The notes beneath the pieces were generated by a model. That model was given only the letters and a program-made list of their open reading frames with translations, ran no database searches and had not been told where the DNA came from. The position numbers were made by a program, and so were the translations under genes. 64,000 nt of DNA, taken from Nitrosopumilaceae archaeon (GTDB lineage: Archaea; Thermoproteota; Nitrososphaeria; Nitrososphaerales; Nitrosopumilaceae). The stretch is from NCBI GenBank assembly GCA_965209085.1, contig OZ242376.1:224001-288000 (forward strand). Reading direction: 5' to 3'. Below are positions 47,965 through 57,765 of the stretch, piece by piece (position 1 is the first letter of the stretch; each line of letters starts with the position of its first letter).

Positions 47965-49677
47965 ATGGCCGAATCCATTGATTTTGACCTGATAATATGC
48001 GGCTCCGGATTAGCCGGACTGCGAGCGGCAATTTCTGCTTCTCAGAAAAACCCAAAGATTCGGATAGGCGTCGTCTCAAAGGTGCAGGTAATGCGTTCGC
48101 ATTCAGTATCTGCTGAAGGCGGAACAGCTGCGGTCATAGCCGAAGACAGGGGCGATACGATAGAATCCCACATTTATGATACTGTAAAGGGCAGCGATTT
48201 TTTAGCCGATCAGGATGTGGTATCTAGACTCTGCAACGAGATGCCAAAACAAATCTTCCAGCTTGATCGCTGGGGAATGCCATGGTCGCGCGAAAAAGAC
48301 GGAAGAATTGCACAGCGGGCGTTTGGTGGATACAGCTATGCGCGCGCAACATACGCTTCAGATAAAGTGGGATTTTATGAAATGCAGACCCTATATGATA
48401 CGTGCCAGAAATTTGAAAACATTGAATATCTTAACGAATGGTTTGCAACCTCAATAATACATGATGGACAAAAATTCATGGGTATAACTGCAATAGAGAT
48501 TGGCACAGGAACTTTTTACGAGATAAAGGGAAAAGCGCTGATAATGGCCACGGGCGGAGCGGGACGCATATACAGCTTTACAACATATGCCCACTCTTCC
48601 ACACCTGACGGACTTGACATGGCGTACAGGGCAGGAATGGCACTCAAAGACATGGAGTTTATCCAGTTTCATCCCACCGGCGTTATACCGTCGGGAATTT
48701 TGATAACAGAAGGCGCAAGGGGAGAGGGAGGATATCTTTTAAACAACAAAGGCGAGCGGTTTATGAAAAGATACGCTGAATCCAAGATGGAGCTTGCACC
48801 AAGGGATATTGTTTCACGCTCCATCATAACGGAGATAAACGAGGGACGCGGTTTCAAACACGAAACGGGCGTGGACTGTATGAAGATGGACCTGCGCCAC
48901 ATCGGGGATGAGACCATAAAGGAGAAACTTGGCGGAATACGCGAAATTTCGCTAAAATTTTCAGGAATTGATCCATCAAAAGAGATGATGGATATAAGGC
49001 CCGTATGCCACTATATGATGGGCGGAATACATACGGATATTGACGGCAAAGCAGAGCTTGCCGGCGTCTGGGCTGCCGGCGAGGTTGCATGCAACAGCGT
49101 GCACGGCTCAAACAGGCTTGGTGCAAATTCAACTTCAGAGTGTTTGGTGTGGGGCGAGATTACCGGCAAATTGGCAGCTGAATACGTGGAGAGAGGCGTC
49201 TCATCTTCTCCGTGGCCGCACCACCTGGTCGTATCTGAGGAAAAACGCATCTATGATGGAATATTTCGGGGCAGCGGCAAGGTAAACCCGTACGAGGTGC
49301 GCGAAGAGCTGACAAATACGATGAACGAAAAAGCGTATGTATACAGAAACAACGATCAGCTTGTAGAGGGACTCAAAAAGATACGCGAGCTGCACGATCA
49401 AACATGGAAGCACGTGGATGATGGGGCCAAAGAATACAATACGAATTTTATAAACGTAATGGAGCTTGATTCAATGTTCCGTACGACCGAAGTTGTACTG
49501 CTTGGCGCCATAAACCGCAGAGAATCAAGGGGCTCGCATGCAAGAGTGGACTATCCTGCACGTGATGACGTTAATTTTCTCCATCATACGCTCGCGTACA
49601 GCGGGGAGAGGGAACCGATTATGAAAACATATCCGGTGAAAATAACAAACTATAAGCCCGTGGAGAGAAAATACTGA
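47965..49677 (+). CDS. sdhA: Succinate dehydrogenase flavoprotein subunit
   Basis: GSGLAG, RSHSVSAEGG, QFHPTG, HYMMGG, HGSNRLG and ESRGSH motifs. Confidence 0.95.
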   Translation: MAESIDFDLIICGSGLAGLRAAISASQKNPKIRIGVVSKVQVMRSHSVSAEGGTAAVIAEDRGDTIESHIYDTVKGSDFLADQDVVSRLCNEMPKQIFQLDRWGMPWSREKDGRIAQRAFGGYSYARATYASDKVGFYEMQTLYDTCQKFENIEYLNEWFATSIIHDGQKFMGITAIEIGTGTFYEIKGKALIMATGGAGRIYSFTTYAHSSTPDGLDMAYRAGMALKDMEFIQFHPTGVIPSGILITEGARGEGGYLLNNKGERFMKRYAESKMELAPRDIVSRSIITEINEGRGFKHETGVDCMKMDLRHIGDETIKEKLGGIREISLKFSGIDPSKEMMDIRPVCHYMMGGIHTDIDGKAELAGVWAAGEVACNSVHGSNRLGANSTSECLVWGEITGKLAAEYVERGVSSSPWPHHLVVSEEKRIYDGIFRGSGKVNPYEVREELTNTMNEKAYVYRNNDQLVEGLKKIRELHDQTWKHVDDGAKEYNTNFINVMELDSMFRTTEVVLLGAINRRESRGSHARVDYPARDDVNFLHHTLAYSGEREPIMKTYPVKITNYKPVERKY

Positions 49678-49679
49678 CC

Positions 49680-50114
49680 ATGGAAAACGCCGGTGAAAAC
49701 AGCGGAGGAATACGCGACATGGCAAACCCGCGCAGATACGGGATTGAGCGCGTAGCGTATATTTTGATGCGCATAACCGGACTTGGATTACTGGCGTACT
49801 TTGTAGGCCACATATACGAGACTAGCACCATACTGCAGGGTAAGGTGAGCTGGAACGAGATGCTTGCCATGACACAGACTGTGGAAGGTCATGCATTTTT
49901 GGCGATTATAATCGGAATGTGCGTCTTTCATACGGCAAACGGCATACGCCTAATGTTAGGTTACGGCGGACTTGGCATGGGAAGACCCATGCGTCCGGAC
50001 TATCCGTACCCTCCAATGTCTCAGGGCGTGCGCCATAAAATTGGAATATACTCTTCGATAGTTTTGGCAGCTGCTGCAATGCTGTACGGTCTCTCGGTGA
50101 TGTTTGGTGAATAA
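49680..50114 (+). CDS. sdhC: Succinate dehydrogenase membrane anchor (cytochrome b) subunit
   Basis: RITG and FHTANGIR motifs with 3 TM segments; operon position. Confidence 0.85.
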   Translation: MENAGENSGGIRDMANPRRYGIERVAYILMRITGLGLLAYFVGHIYETSTILQGKVSWNEMLAMTQTVEGHAFLAIIIGMCVFHTANGIRLMLGYGGLGMGRPMRPDYPYPPMSQGVRHKIGIYSSIVLAAAAMLYGLSVMFGE

Positions 50115-50117
50115 ACG

Positions 50118-50462
50118 ATGAGAGAGAGCCACCTGATGAAGATACATTATGCAACCGCCCTAGCATCTGTTGCACTAGTAGCTGTGCACGTACTCTTTCG
50201 CGTATCGCGGGGATTTACCGAATCTTTGGAGTATGAGAGCGTAATTGCAAATTATGAATTTCTTCCATACGCTGGCATACTTGGAGCCATACTCGTATTA
50301 CTCTCGATACACGGCTTTAACGGCTTGCGCGTCATACTAATAGAGCTACATCAGGGTAGAATATATGAGAAATTCGTCTCTTATGGGTGTCTTGTGGCAA
50401 TGATTGCAGTTATTGCGTACGGTTCAAGAACCATTATAGTGGTAGGAATGGGTGGAGCATAG
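50118..50462 (+). CDS. sdhD: Succinate dehydrogenase hydrophobic anchor subunit
   Basis: HGFNGLR motif with 3 TM segments. Confidence 0.85.
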   Translation: MRESHLMKIHYATALASVALVAVHVLFRVSRGFTESLEYESVIANYEFLPYAGILGAILVLLSIHGFNGLRVILIELHQGRIYEKFVSYGCLVAMIAVIAYGSRTIIVVGMGGA

Positions 50463-51191
50463 ATGGCAACTGTACAGCAGATTTCCAGGATGATTACAGT
50501 AAAGATAGCCCGGCAGGAAGCTGACGGTACGGGCAAAAAATTCATGTCATATAGGGTACCTGCTGAAAAATGGACCACCGTGCTTGATGCCATACTGGAT
50601 GTAAAAAAACATCTGGATCACTCCATAGGTGTGAGGTATTCGTGCCGGCAGGCCACGTGCGGCTCTTGCGGCATGATGATAAACGGCAAACCCCGTCTTG
50701 CCTGTTTTACAAAGCTGGACGAGCTGGATTCAGATGAGATTACAATAGAGCCGATGAAAAACTTTCCAATAATACGGGATTTGGCAGTAAAGTTTGACCG
50801 CATGTTTGCAACGCACCGCAAGCTAAAACCGTACATTATACGCGAGGACTCTGATGTAAAACCTGGCGACCGCGATCTGATACAGACTCCAGAAGAGCTT
50901 GAAAAATTCATCCAGTTTTCCGGATGTATAAAGTGCGGTTTGTGCAACTCTGCGTGCCCGACAATGGCAACTGATAACTCGTTTGTTGGTCCCCAAGCTT
51001 TGTCGCAGGCATACAGGTACATTGCAGACAACCGCGACAAGGGTAAAGATGATCGTCTGCGGATTATTGATGACTCGCACGGAATTTGGCGCTGTCATTC
51101 TGCCGGTTCGTGCAGCAAGGTGTGTCCGAAAGGTGTGGATCCTGCAATGGGAATACAGCTGTTGCGCGGATATCTTTTGGGATTTAAATAA
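50463..51191 (+). CDS. sdhB: Succinate dehydrogenase iron-sulfur subunit
   Basis: SCRQATCGSC, CIKCGLCNSACP and CHSAGSCSKVCP motifs. Confidence 0.95.
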   Translation: MATVQQISRMITVKIARQEADGTGKKFMSYRVPAEKWTTVLDAILDVKKHLDHSIGVRYSCRQATCGSCGMMINGKPRLACFTKLDELDSDEITIEPMKNFPIIRDLAVKFDRMFATHRKLKPYIIREDSDVKPGDRDLIQTPEELEKFIQFSGCIKCGLCNSACPTMATDNSFVGPQALSQAYRYIADNRDKGKDDRLRIIDDSHGIWRCHSAGSCSKVCPKGVDPAMGIQLLRGYLLGFK

Positions 51192-51359
51192 TTAATAATT
51201 AATAATACATGATGGAAATTAAATTACTTTTGTAATTTTGATTGTCATCATGGGCAATTGTTGTTGCCAAAATTTTCAGCAAAATAATTGGAACCGCAGT
51301 TCTTGTAATTGCAACGGTGGTTTATTGTTCATTATGCGCGGATAAAATTATAACATATT

Positions 51360-51436
51360 ATACCATATGTATAATGAACCAAATTCACAATTTTTACGAA
51401 CAAAATGATTGATTTGAATGATTATGCACAAGGTAT
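51360..51436. mobile_element. 77-bp MITE with IS5-type TIRs
   Basis: ATACCATATGTATAAT...ATTATGCACAAGGTAT with ATT on both flanks; the interior CAAATTCACAATTTTTACGAA is shared with the MITE at 36007. Confidence 0.75.
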
Positions 51437-51464
51437 ATTCATAAAAATATGGCAGATTATAAAT

Positions 51465-51776
51465 TTAATGATTGTTTTTAAACTTGTTATCTAATAATGT
51501 GAAAATCTCATCAATTTTTTTTTGAGTATTACTTGAAATATTCCACAGTACTTTAGAATTAGATTTTATTTGTACAATGGAATTATTTTTTTGTGCCGAT
51601 ATAAATATTTCAATATGTTCCCCAAAAGAAAAAAAACTAACATTTACCGATATGTCGATATGACGTAATTTTGGATCAGATTTTTTAATATTGTATATAT
51701 TTTGAATATTTGAAATAAGAAAATCAAATATGGTGTCTGGGTTTTCAATGTACGTATTTTGTCCAACTGATTTCAT
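51465..51776 (-). CDS. Small hypothetical protein coupled to the TIR-domain gene
   Basis: 103-aa ORF with a 4-nt ATGA overlap with the upstream gene. Confidence 0.6.
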   Translation of the reverse strand: MKSVGQNTYIENPDTIFDFLISNIQNIYNIKKSDPKLRHIDISVNVSFFSFGEHIEIFISAQKNNSIVQIKSNSKVLWNISSNTQKKIDEIFTLLDNKFKNNH

Positions 51777-52426
51777 AATTTACCAAGAGATATATTTTTT
51801 CTACATGTGGGACACGTGAACTGTAATTGTGAAGAATAATATAAAAATGTGATATTACATTTTTCGTTTGGGCATGTAACTTTTGTACATATATCAGAAT
51901 TATTGCCATTAGTTGATGATATCAGAAGACCAGCTATTGCACCAATAACCATTCCAGCAGGTCCAAAAATTGAACCAAGAGCTGCACCGCCCCCAATACC
52001 CGTTAAATTCTTTAAACCAGTATTATTGCTTATTTTTTTTATTAATTTCTGCATATCAAACATATCTGCAATATTTTCGGGATCAAAAAGTGCATAATCT
52101 GTAATATATGGTATTGGAAATAGCGATTTCATGGTTGAACTTTCAAAAACAAATAGACGTTTATGAGCTTCAGAAGCAACACCAATTTCAAAATTAACCC
52201 AATTGCTAGTATGTTGAGTAGATGTGATATTATCTGTTAAAAGTAATAAAACCAAATCACTGTTTTCTACATTTTTTTTTATTTCCTCATATGGTACATT
52301 TTCTTGATGTTCTTCTGCTATAAATTCCTCTATTATTGGATTGTTGCCAATATTTTCCATACTGTGTTTAATACTGTTTACAAGAGCATTGTCTTTTTTA
52401 CTATGGGAAATAAATATGGTCGCCAC
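51773..52426 (-). CDS. TIR (Toll/IL-1R)-domain protein with glycine-zipper segment and C-terminal zinc ribbon
   Basis: IFISHSKKD, SDLVLLLLT, WVNFEIGVA, GGGAALGSIFGPAGMVIGAIAG and CPNEKC...CPTC. Confidence 0.8.
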   Translation of the reverse strand: MATIFISHSKKDNALVNSIKHSMENIGNNPIIEEFIAEEHQENVPYEEIKKNVENSDLVLLLLTDNITSTQHTSNWVNFEIGVASEAHKRLFVFESSTMKSLFPIPYITDYALFDPENIADMFDMQKLIKKISNNTGLKNLTGIGGGAALGSIFGPAGMVIGAIAGLLISSTNGNNSDICTKVTCPNEKCNITFLYYSSQLQFTCPTCRKNISLGKL

Positions 52427-52474
52427 AAGTTTTACGTATCTTGTCTTTGTAATATATTTTACTATATAATCAAT

Positions 52475-53161
52475 GTATGAGGTCAGCTCATGCCTAACAA
52501 ATTAGTCAATATTGATGAGATCTCGTACATACTGAATGGATTGATGGTTTGGGCGTGGGCAATCGCATACGAGAAAAATATTGCGATAATCACGAACAAG
52601 AGCCGTGGTGCGTATGTTATGGACGCATATATGGACAAATTTGTCGGTGTTGCAGTAACTGACGGATATCCCGTATACCAGAGATTTGATCCTGGAGGAA
52701 TGCACCAACGGTGTCTGGGCGCACGAGCTGCGGATTGCTAAACATATGGCAGTACTCATCAGAGACTCTACGAGAATCTGTGCATACTGTTTAACGATGC
52801 TAAAAATAATATCCACGGCGGTGCAAGTGTACGACATGCGTTTGAATACACACTTGATGTCATGCTAGATAAATACCGCAGTACAGAAATGTCCGAAATG
52901 CAGAGTTTGATCAAACGGTTGGAGAATGCGACGATGAATCTGTTTGCCTTTATAGAGCATGAAAACATCCCACCTACAAACAATGCAGCCGAACGTGCAT
53001 TACGGGATGTCGTGGTTTGCCGTAAGATAAGCGGACAGATCAGAGGATCTGAATCCATGAGAAGAATGTCAAACTTTCTAACGTGCGTTTTGATGTGGAG
53101 ATCACATGGTAAAAGCGTCTTTGAAGATGTGTTCAGTGTAGTTTAATAGCTGACCTCATAC
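52475..53161 (+). mobile_element. IS66-family internally deleted, frameshifted remnant
   Basis: Perfect 14-bp TIR GTATGAGGTCAGCT; peptide fragments VTDGYPVY, HQRC/WAHELR and PPTNNAAERALR..V..RKISG. Confidence 0.85.
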
Positions 53162-53290
53162 CATAATCATTCAAATCAGCTATTTTTATTCCTAAAAATT
53201 ATGAATTTAATCCATTATGCATGTGTGTTTTGATCATGGAAACATCATGTCTGAATCATACGTCTGTGCGATTGATTATGGATAAACTCT
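53162..53290. mobile_element. Inverted copy of the IS5-type MITE fused to a degenerate IS5 right end
   Basis: 53162-53222 is the reverse complement of the MITE interior. 53221-53290 resembles the IS5 right end (TTGATCATG...GATTGATTATGGATAAACTCT-AAT). Confidence 0.6.
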
Positions 53291-53315
53291 AATGTATTTG
53301 GATATTTTAAAACTT

Positions 53316-53636
53316 TTATGGTTTGTGCGGATTTGGACTGTTGTTTACCTGGTTGTTTATCTGCTCTGCCATAAAGTGGTTTGAGACGTTTACCTTTACA
53401 ACATCAACGCCGTCTATCCTTAGGAGATTATCGTGTATGTCCTGACATATCTTAAATCCGAAAACGGCCGGACAGAACGGGCTTGTAAGGTGCAAATCCA
53501 CCTTTACGTTGTTTTCGTTAACGTCAACATCATCTATTAATTCCAGCTCTGTAATAGTCGTGTTTATCTCTGGATCCACAATCTTTGATAGCTCATCAAA
53601 GATCTTTACACGTATCTGTTTTAACTCCTGAGCCAT
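53316..53636 (-). CDS. DUF59/MIP18 iron-sulfur cluster assembly protein
   Basis: DPEI, ITELELI and LTSPFCP motifs. Confidence 0.85.
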   Translation of the reverse strand: MAQELKQIRVKIFDELSKIVDPEINTTITELELIDDVDVNENNVKVDLHLTSPFCPAVFGFKICQDIHDNLLRIDGVDVVKVNVSNHFMAEQINNQVNNSPNPHKP

Positions 53637-53684
53637 GCATACTGTGAACGTTTATCGTATATATAGCCATTGTATAAGGCAGGC

Positions 53685-55145
53685 ATGTACCGGGCAAGAC
53701 TTGGAAAAGGCATGGACAAGATTACATTGGATTATGTCAGTTCTGTTCATTCTGATCTGCGGATTGCCAAATACGACATACTTGGGAGCTGTGCGCATAC
53801 CCTGATGCTTTTAAAATGTAAAATAATCCAAAAATCCGACGCACAAAAAATACTTTTTGCATTAAATTCGATCAAAGATAAGGATCTGATAAACGGCGGC
53901 GAATCCGAAGATGTGCACGAACTTGTGGAATCGCTTGTAATACGCAAGGCCGGATTAAAAAGCGGCGGCCGGATGCATACTGCCCGCTCACGCAACGATC
54001 AGGTATCGTTGGATATGCGCATGAAGATACGCGATGACATACTGGAAATCTGCAGAGGAATATTGGACTGCTCTAATTTGCTCTTAAAGCTGGCAGAAAA
54101 ACACCAAAGAACCGTAATACCGCTGTATACGCACATGCAGCAGGCCCAGGTGGGCACTTTGTCGCATTATTTTCTTGCACATCTTGACGCACTGTTGCGC
54201 GATTTTGAGCGTCTCACATCGGCGTACTCGCGTATAAACCAAAATCCTTTGGGTGCCGGTCCTATCGGTGGAACCAGTCTTCCGATAAACAGAAAGGATA
54301 CTTCCCAGCTGCTTGGATTTGACGGACTGGTGGAAAATTCCATTGATGCGACAAGCTCGCGTGACTTTGCTGCCGAATACGTCTGCAACATTGCAATATT
54401 GATGACAAACATCAGCCGTATAGCTGAAGATCTTGTAATCTGGTCCTCATCAGAGTTTTCATTTGTGGAATTCTCCGATAAGTTTGCCTCACCTTCAAGT
54501 GTAATGCCTCAAAAGAAAAATCCCGACATAATGGAGCTGACGCGGGGCAAGACTGCCATGACCATAGGGAGTGTCACGGGAATACTTTCTGCAATAAAGG
54601 GACTCTCCACCGGATACAGTCGGGATCTGCAAGAGATAAAACCCGAAGTGTGGTCCGCATCCGATACTGCAATGGGGGCAGTTGCAATACTTGGCTCCTC
54701 TCTCTCTTCAATCAAAGTAAACGAGGATGTGATGAAAAAAGCAGCTAAAGGCGGCTATATGGCAGCACTGGACATTGCCGAACAGCTGGTACTTTACGGC
54801 ATGCCGTTTCGTGAAGCGCATAAAATAACCGCACAATTGGTGCAAAAAGCACATGCTGATAAAATTCCGCTCAACAAACTTGACCTGAAAAAAATACGTG
54901 AGGCAGTCAGTAAAAGCGGCGTAAAGCCAGCATACGTGCACTCTATGTTACAATCTGCCACCCCATCTGACTCGTTGCGCAAACGCATATCCGCCGGTTC
55001 TGCCGGCTATGCTGAGCAAAAACGCATGATAATACGGCGTAAAAAATCCCTTGCACGGCTGTGTAAGAAACTTGCCAAACGGGAGAAAAATCTGACAGAT
55101 GCGTTGAATAAAATGTCGGTACGGGTTTCAAAAGTTTTAAGATAA
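53685..55145 (+). CDS. argH: Argininosuccinate lyase
   Basis: HTARSRNDQV, YTHMQQAQ, SSVMPQKKNPD, YSRDLQE and PFREAH motifs. Confidence 0.95.
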   Translation: MYRARLGKGMDKITLDYVSSVHSDLRIAKYDILGSCAHTLMLLKCKIIQKSDAQKILFALNSIKDKDLINGGESEDVHELVESLVIRKAGLKSGGRMHTARSRNDQVSLDMRMKIRDDILEICRGILDCSNLLLKLAEKHQRTVIPLYTHMQQAQVGTLSHYFLAHLDALLRDFERLTSAYSRINQNPLGAGPIGGTSLPINRKDTSQLLGFDGLVENSIDATSSRDFAAEYVCNIAILMTNISRIAEDLVIWSSSEFSFVEFSDKFASPSSVMPQKKNPDIMELTRGKTAMTIGSVTGILSAIKGLSTGYSRDLQEIKPEVWSASDTAMGAVAILGSSLSSIKVNEDVMKKAAKGGYMAALDIAEQLVLYGMPFREAHKITAQLVQKAHADKIPLNKLDLKKIREAVSKSGVKPAYVHSMLQSATPSDSLRKRISAGSAGYAEQKRMIIRRKKSLARLCKKLAKREKNLTDALNKMSVRVSKVLR

Positions 55146-55171
55146 ATTACAGACGGGAATTGATATTATAA

Positions 55172-55444
55172 CTAGTTTGATTTGTTGTATTCCTGTATTT
55201 TCTTTGCAATCATTGCCATATCATTAACAGCGATGCATTTTACCTCTTGAAATTCACACTGTTTCATCATTTTGTCATCTTTTGTAACAATAACCAGATT
55301 ATTCTTTTTTGCATATTCTACAATCTCTTTATCGTCTGTTTTTTTTGTAGGACAACCTTCATCTCCAATTTTTCTATATTTGATCTCTTTATCCAAATAT
55401 ATAACGGCACCCAAAACATCTTCATCAAGCAGGAATTCTACCAT
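55172..55444 (-). CDS. PIN-like (DUF5615/Mut7-C-type) small protein
   Basis: FLLDEDV...DDKEIVEYAKKNNLVIVTKD. Confidence 0.75.
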   Translation of the reverse strand: MVEFLLDEDVLGAVIYLDKEIKYRKIGDEGCPTKKTDDKEIVEYAKKNNLVIVTKDDKMMKQCEFQEVKCIAVNDMAMIAKKIQEYNKSN

Positions 55445-55548
55445 ACTTGATTATTATTTTTCTTGTAATTAAAGCTGATCTTTCATATGGGGATAAAATC
55501 GTCCAAATCATGATAAAGGGCTAAATATCTTGATAATATCTGCCAATT

Positions 55549-56301
55549 ATGAAAGTAAGTAAAAAGATCGGTATCGCTGTGGCATTAGTTGCAATAGCGG
55601 CAGGGATCGGATTTGCAAGCCCGCTCTTCTATGATGTAGATATTGACGAGCCGATTCCAACAGGAACTGCCGGTGAATCAGTTGAAATGATGAAAGAATT
55701 TGCCGAGAGTGTAATTACTTCTGCCACAGAGGATATGATGGATATATCACTTGCAGATATGAAAGAGATGCCAATGATGGAAAAAGCTATAGAGATGATG
55801 AGTGAAAAAGGAATTTCCACAGAAGAGATGGAAGATATGATGCTAGACTCGTTCAAACAGTTGGATGAAGACGGAGAAATACGCCAAATGTTACAATCCG
55901 AACCAAACGAAATGATGGTTGAGATGCTGATGAAGGCTGCTGCAAGAACTGAAACACCAGCTACTGATGATGACATGGAATCGATGGGTCCTATCATCCT
56001 AAAGAGCGGCACTTTTACAGGAATTGGAGGGCATCAGGCATCCGGTATTGCAAAAATAATTGATGTAGAGGGAACAAACTATCTCAGATTTGAAGACTTT
56101 AGCGTTACAAACGGTCCCGATCTTCGAGTCTATGTGACGCTGGACGGCAACGTTAACAACGGAATTCATCTTGAAAAATTAAAGGGAAGCCGTGGTGCAC
56201 AAAACTATGTGCTAGATGACATTGACATTGAAAAATACAGCACGGTGGTAATATACTGCCAGCCGTTTGGCGCATACTTTGCTAGCGCATATCTTGCCTG
56301 A
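55549..56301 (+). CDS. Membrane-anchored DM13-domain protein with a Met-rich insert
   Basis: N-terminal TM, HQASG, NGPDLRVY, LKGSRGAQNY and VVIYC..F motifs. Confidence 0.8.
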   Translation: MKVSKKIGIAVALVAIAAGIGFASPLFYDVDIDEPIPTGTAGESVEMMKEFAESVITSATEDMMDISLADMKEMPMMEKAIEMMSEKGISTEEMEDMMLDSFKQLDEDGEIRQMLQSEPNEMMVEMLMKAAARTETPATDDDMESMGPIILKSGTFTGIGGHQASGIAKIIDVEGTNYLRFEDFSVTNGPDLRVYVTLDGNVNNGIHLEKLKGSRGAQNYVLDDIDIEKYSTVVIYCQPFGAYFASAYLA

Positions 56302-56347
56302 GACTATAAATCACAACATATTTAGCAACAATTATCCAACAGTCATC

Positions 56348-56644
56348 ATGGCAGAAACAATTATGGCTGGAGATTTCAACTCTCAAAAGGAAAATTTTAC
56401 AGTTATTGATGTAAGAGAACCTGATGAAATAGCTGGTGGAAAAATAGACGGATCAGAAAACGTGCCGCTTGGTCTGATAATACGAAACGCCAAAAAAGGC
56501 CAGATGGACGAATTAAAGGGCAAAAAAATATGCGTATATTGTGCCAGCGGTTACCGCGGCAACATTGCAGCGGACGAGCTGGAAAAAGCCGGCTTTGATG
56601 CGGTAAATCTCAAAGGCGGATACATGGCCTGGAAACAGGCCTGA
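56348..56644 (+). CDS. Rhodanese-domain sulfurtransferase
   Basis: IDVREPDE, YCASGYR and LKGGYMAW motifs. Confidence 0.88.
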   Translation: MAETIMAGDFNSQKENFTVIDVREPDEIAGGKIDGSENVPLGLIIRNAKKGQMDELKGKKICVYCASGYRGNIAADELEKAGFDAVNLKGGYMAWKQA

Positions 56645-56652
56645 GCATGCGA

Positions 56653-57711
56653 TTATTTGATTCTGTATCGTAGAACGGCTAGTACTGAATCATGTATGTC
56701 CAATTTTTTAACAAGGTTTGGAGCTGACACAAATTCAATAACTGCAGAGGTATTTTCAGCCGTCTCTAACATTTTCATTATCTCAAGATGTTTTGGGTTT
56801 GATCTGTACTGAAACGAGACGTAAAGCGTTCCAACCGCACCTACTGCCAGTGCTTTTTTAATTACGGAATTTTTTCTGGCCGTTTTGCCATGTTTTACTT
56901 TATCCTCAAACTCTTCTAGCATTCTTGTAACGCGTGCCTTTCTGTATGCATACAGGTGGTTTATCAATTTTTTATGAATGTCTGCTGCCGGCGTGGAAAA
57001 TGACACTGTATCAACAAATCTGCATTTTTTCATCAGTATGGGATCAAGCTCGTCATGAAACTCTGTCTTTGCCTGACCATTGCCTCCAAGAAACAAAATC
57101 TTGACATCCTTTGAATCCATCTCTAGAACTTTTTTTGCCACTTTTTTAAAGAAAACGTGAATTTTAGTCTGCCTAGCTCTCAAAAATCTGCCCTGACTCT
57201 GCCCGCCTTTTCTGTGTCTACCCATCAGATGTATGGAAATTTTGGATTCTTCCACAACCTTGTCACCCTGTAATATGGCAAGTCTCGCAGATTTGCTGTC
57301 TAAAATGGCAAGCATTACCCTGTAATTCACCTTTAGAATGTCTTTGAACGGTTTTACGTACGGTTTTTTGCCCAGCATGTAGATGTATGGAAGTTTTTTT
57401 GAAACAGTAACGCTTTTGATAATTATTTTGCCGTCCTTTATCCATCCAAATATGCACAATGTACTGATAGCATTTGTACCAGGACCCGGTTCTTTTTGCA
57501 TCTTTATAATTTTTCTCTCAATGGCAGATTCTATCTTTTCAGATGCTGCATCACGTTTTGTTTTTCGCATCAAATCAACCGTTTCTGCACCAGTGCCACG
57601 CGGATAATACACGGAGATGCAGCGTTTCTTTACAATGCTCAGATCCTGTACAAACGCATTAAGCATGTACCATTCTCTTGGAGATATCTGTATCGGATTT
57701 GTTTTAACCAA
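56653..57711 (-). CDS. aRF1/eRF1-like (Vms1-like) release-factor paralog
   Basis: HRKGGQSQGRF catalytic loop and an L7Ae-like C-terminal domain (AVLRY); no NIKS motif. Confidence 0.75.
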   Translation of the reverse strand: MVKTNPIQISPREWYMLNAFVQDLSIVKKRCISVYYPRGTGAETVDLMRKTKRDAASEKIESAIERKIIKMQKEPGPGTNAISTLCIFGWIKDGKIIIKSVTVSKKLPYIYMLGKKPYVKPFKDILKVNYRVMLAILDSKSARLAILQGDKVVEESKISIHLMGRHRKGGQSQGRFLRARQTKIHVFFKKVAKKVLEMDSKDVKILFLGGNGQAKTEFHDELDPILMKKCRFVDTVSFSTPAADIHKKLINHLYAYRKARVTRMLEEFEDKVKHGKTARKNSVIKKALAVGAVGTLYVSFQYRSNPKHLEIMKMLETAENTSAVIEFVSAPNLVKKLDIHDSVLAVLRYRIK

Positions 57712-57765
57712 TATCTAGAATAATATCTCATAGTATAAAGGGATATGCCAAACTATGCATAAAAC

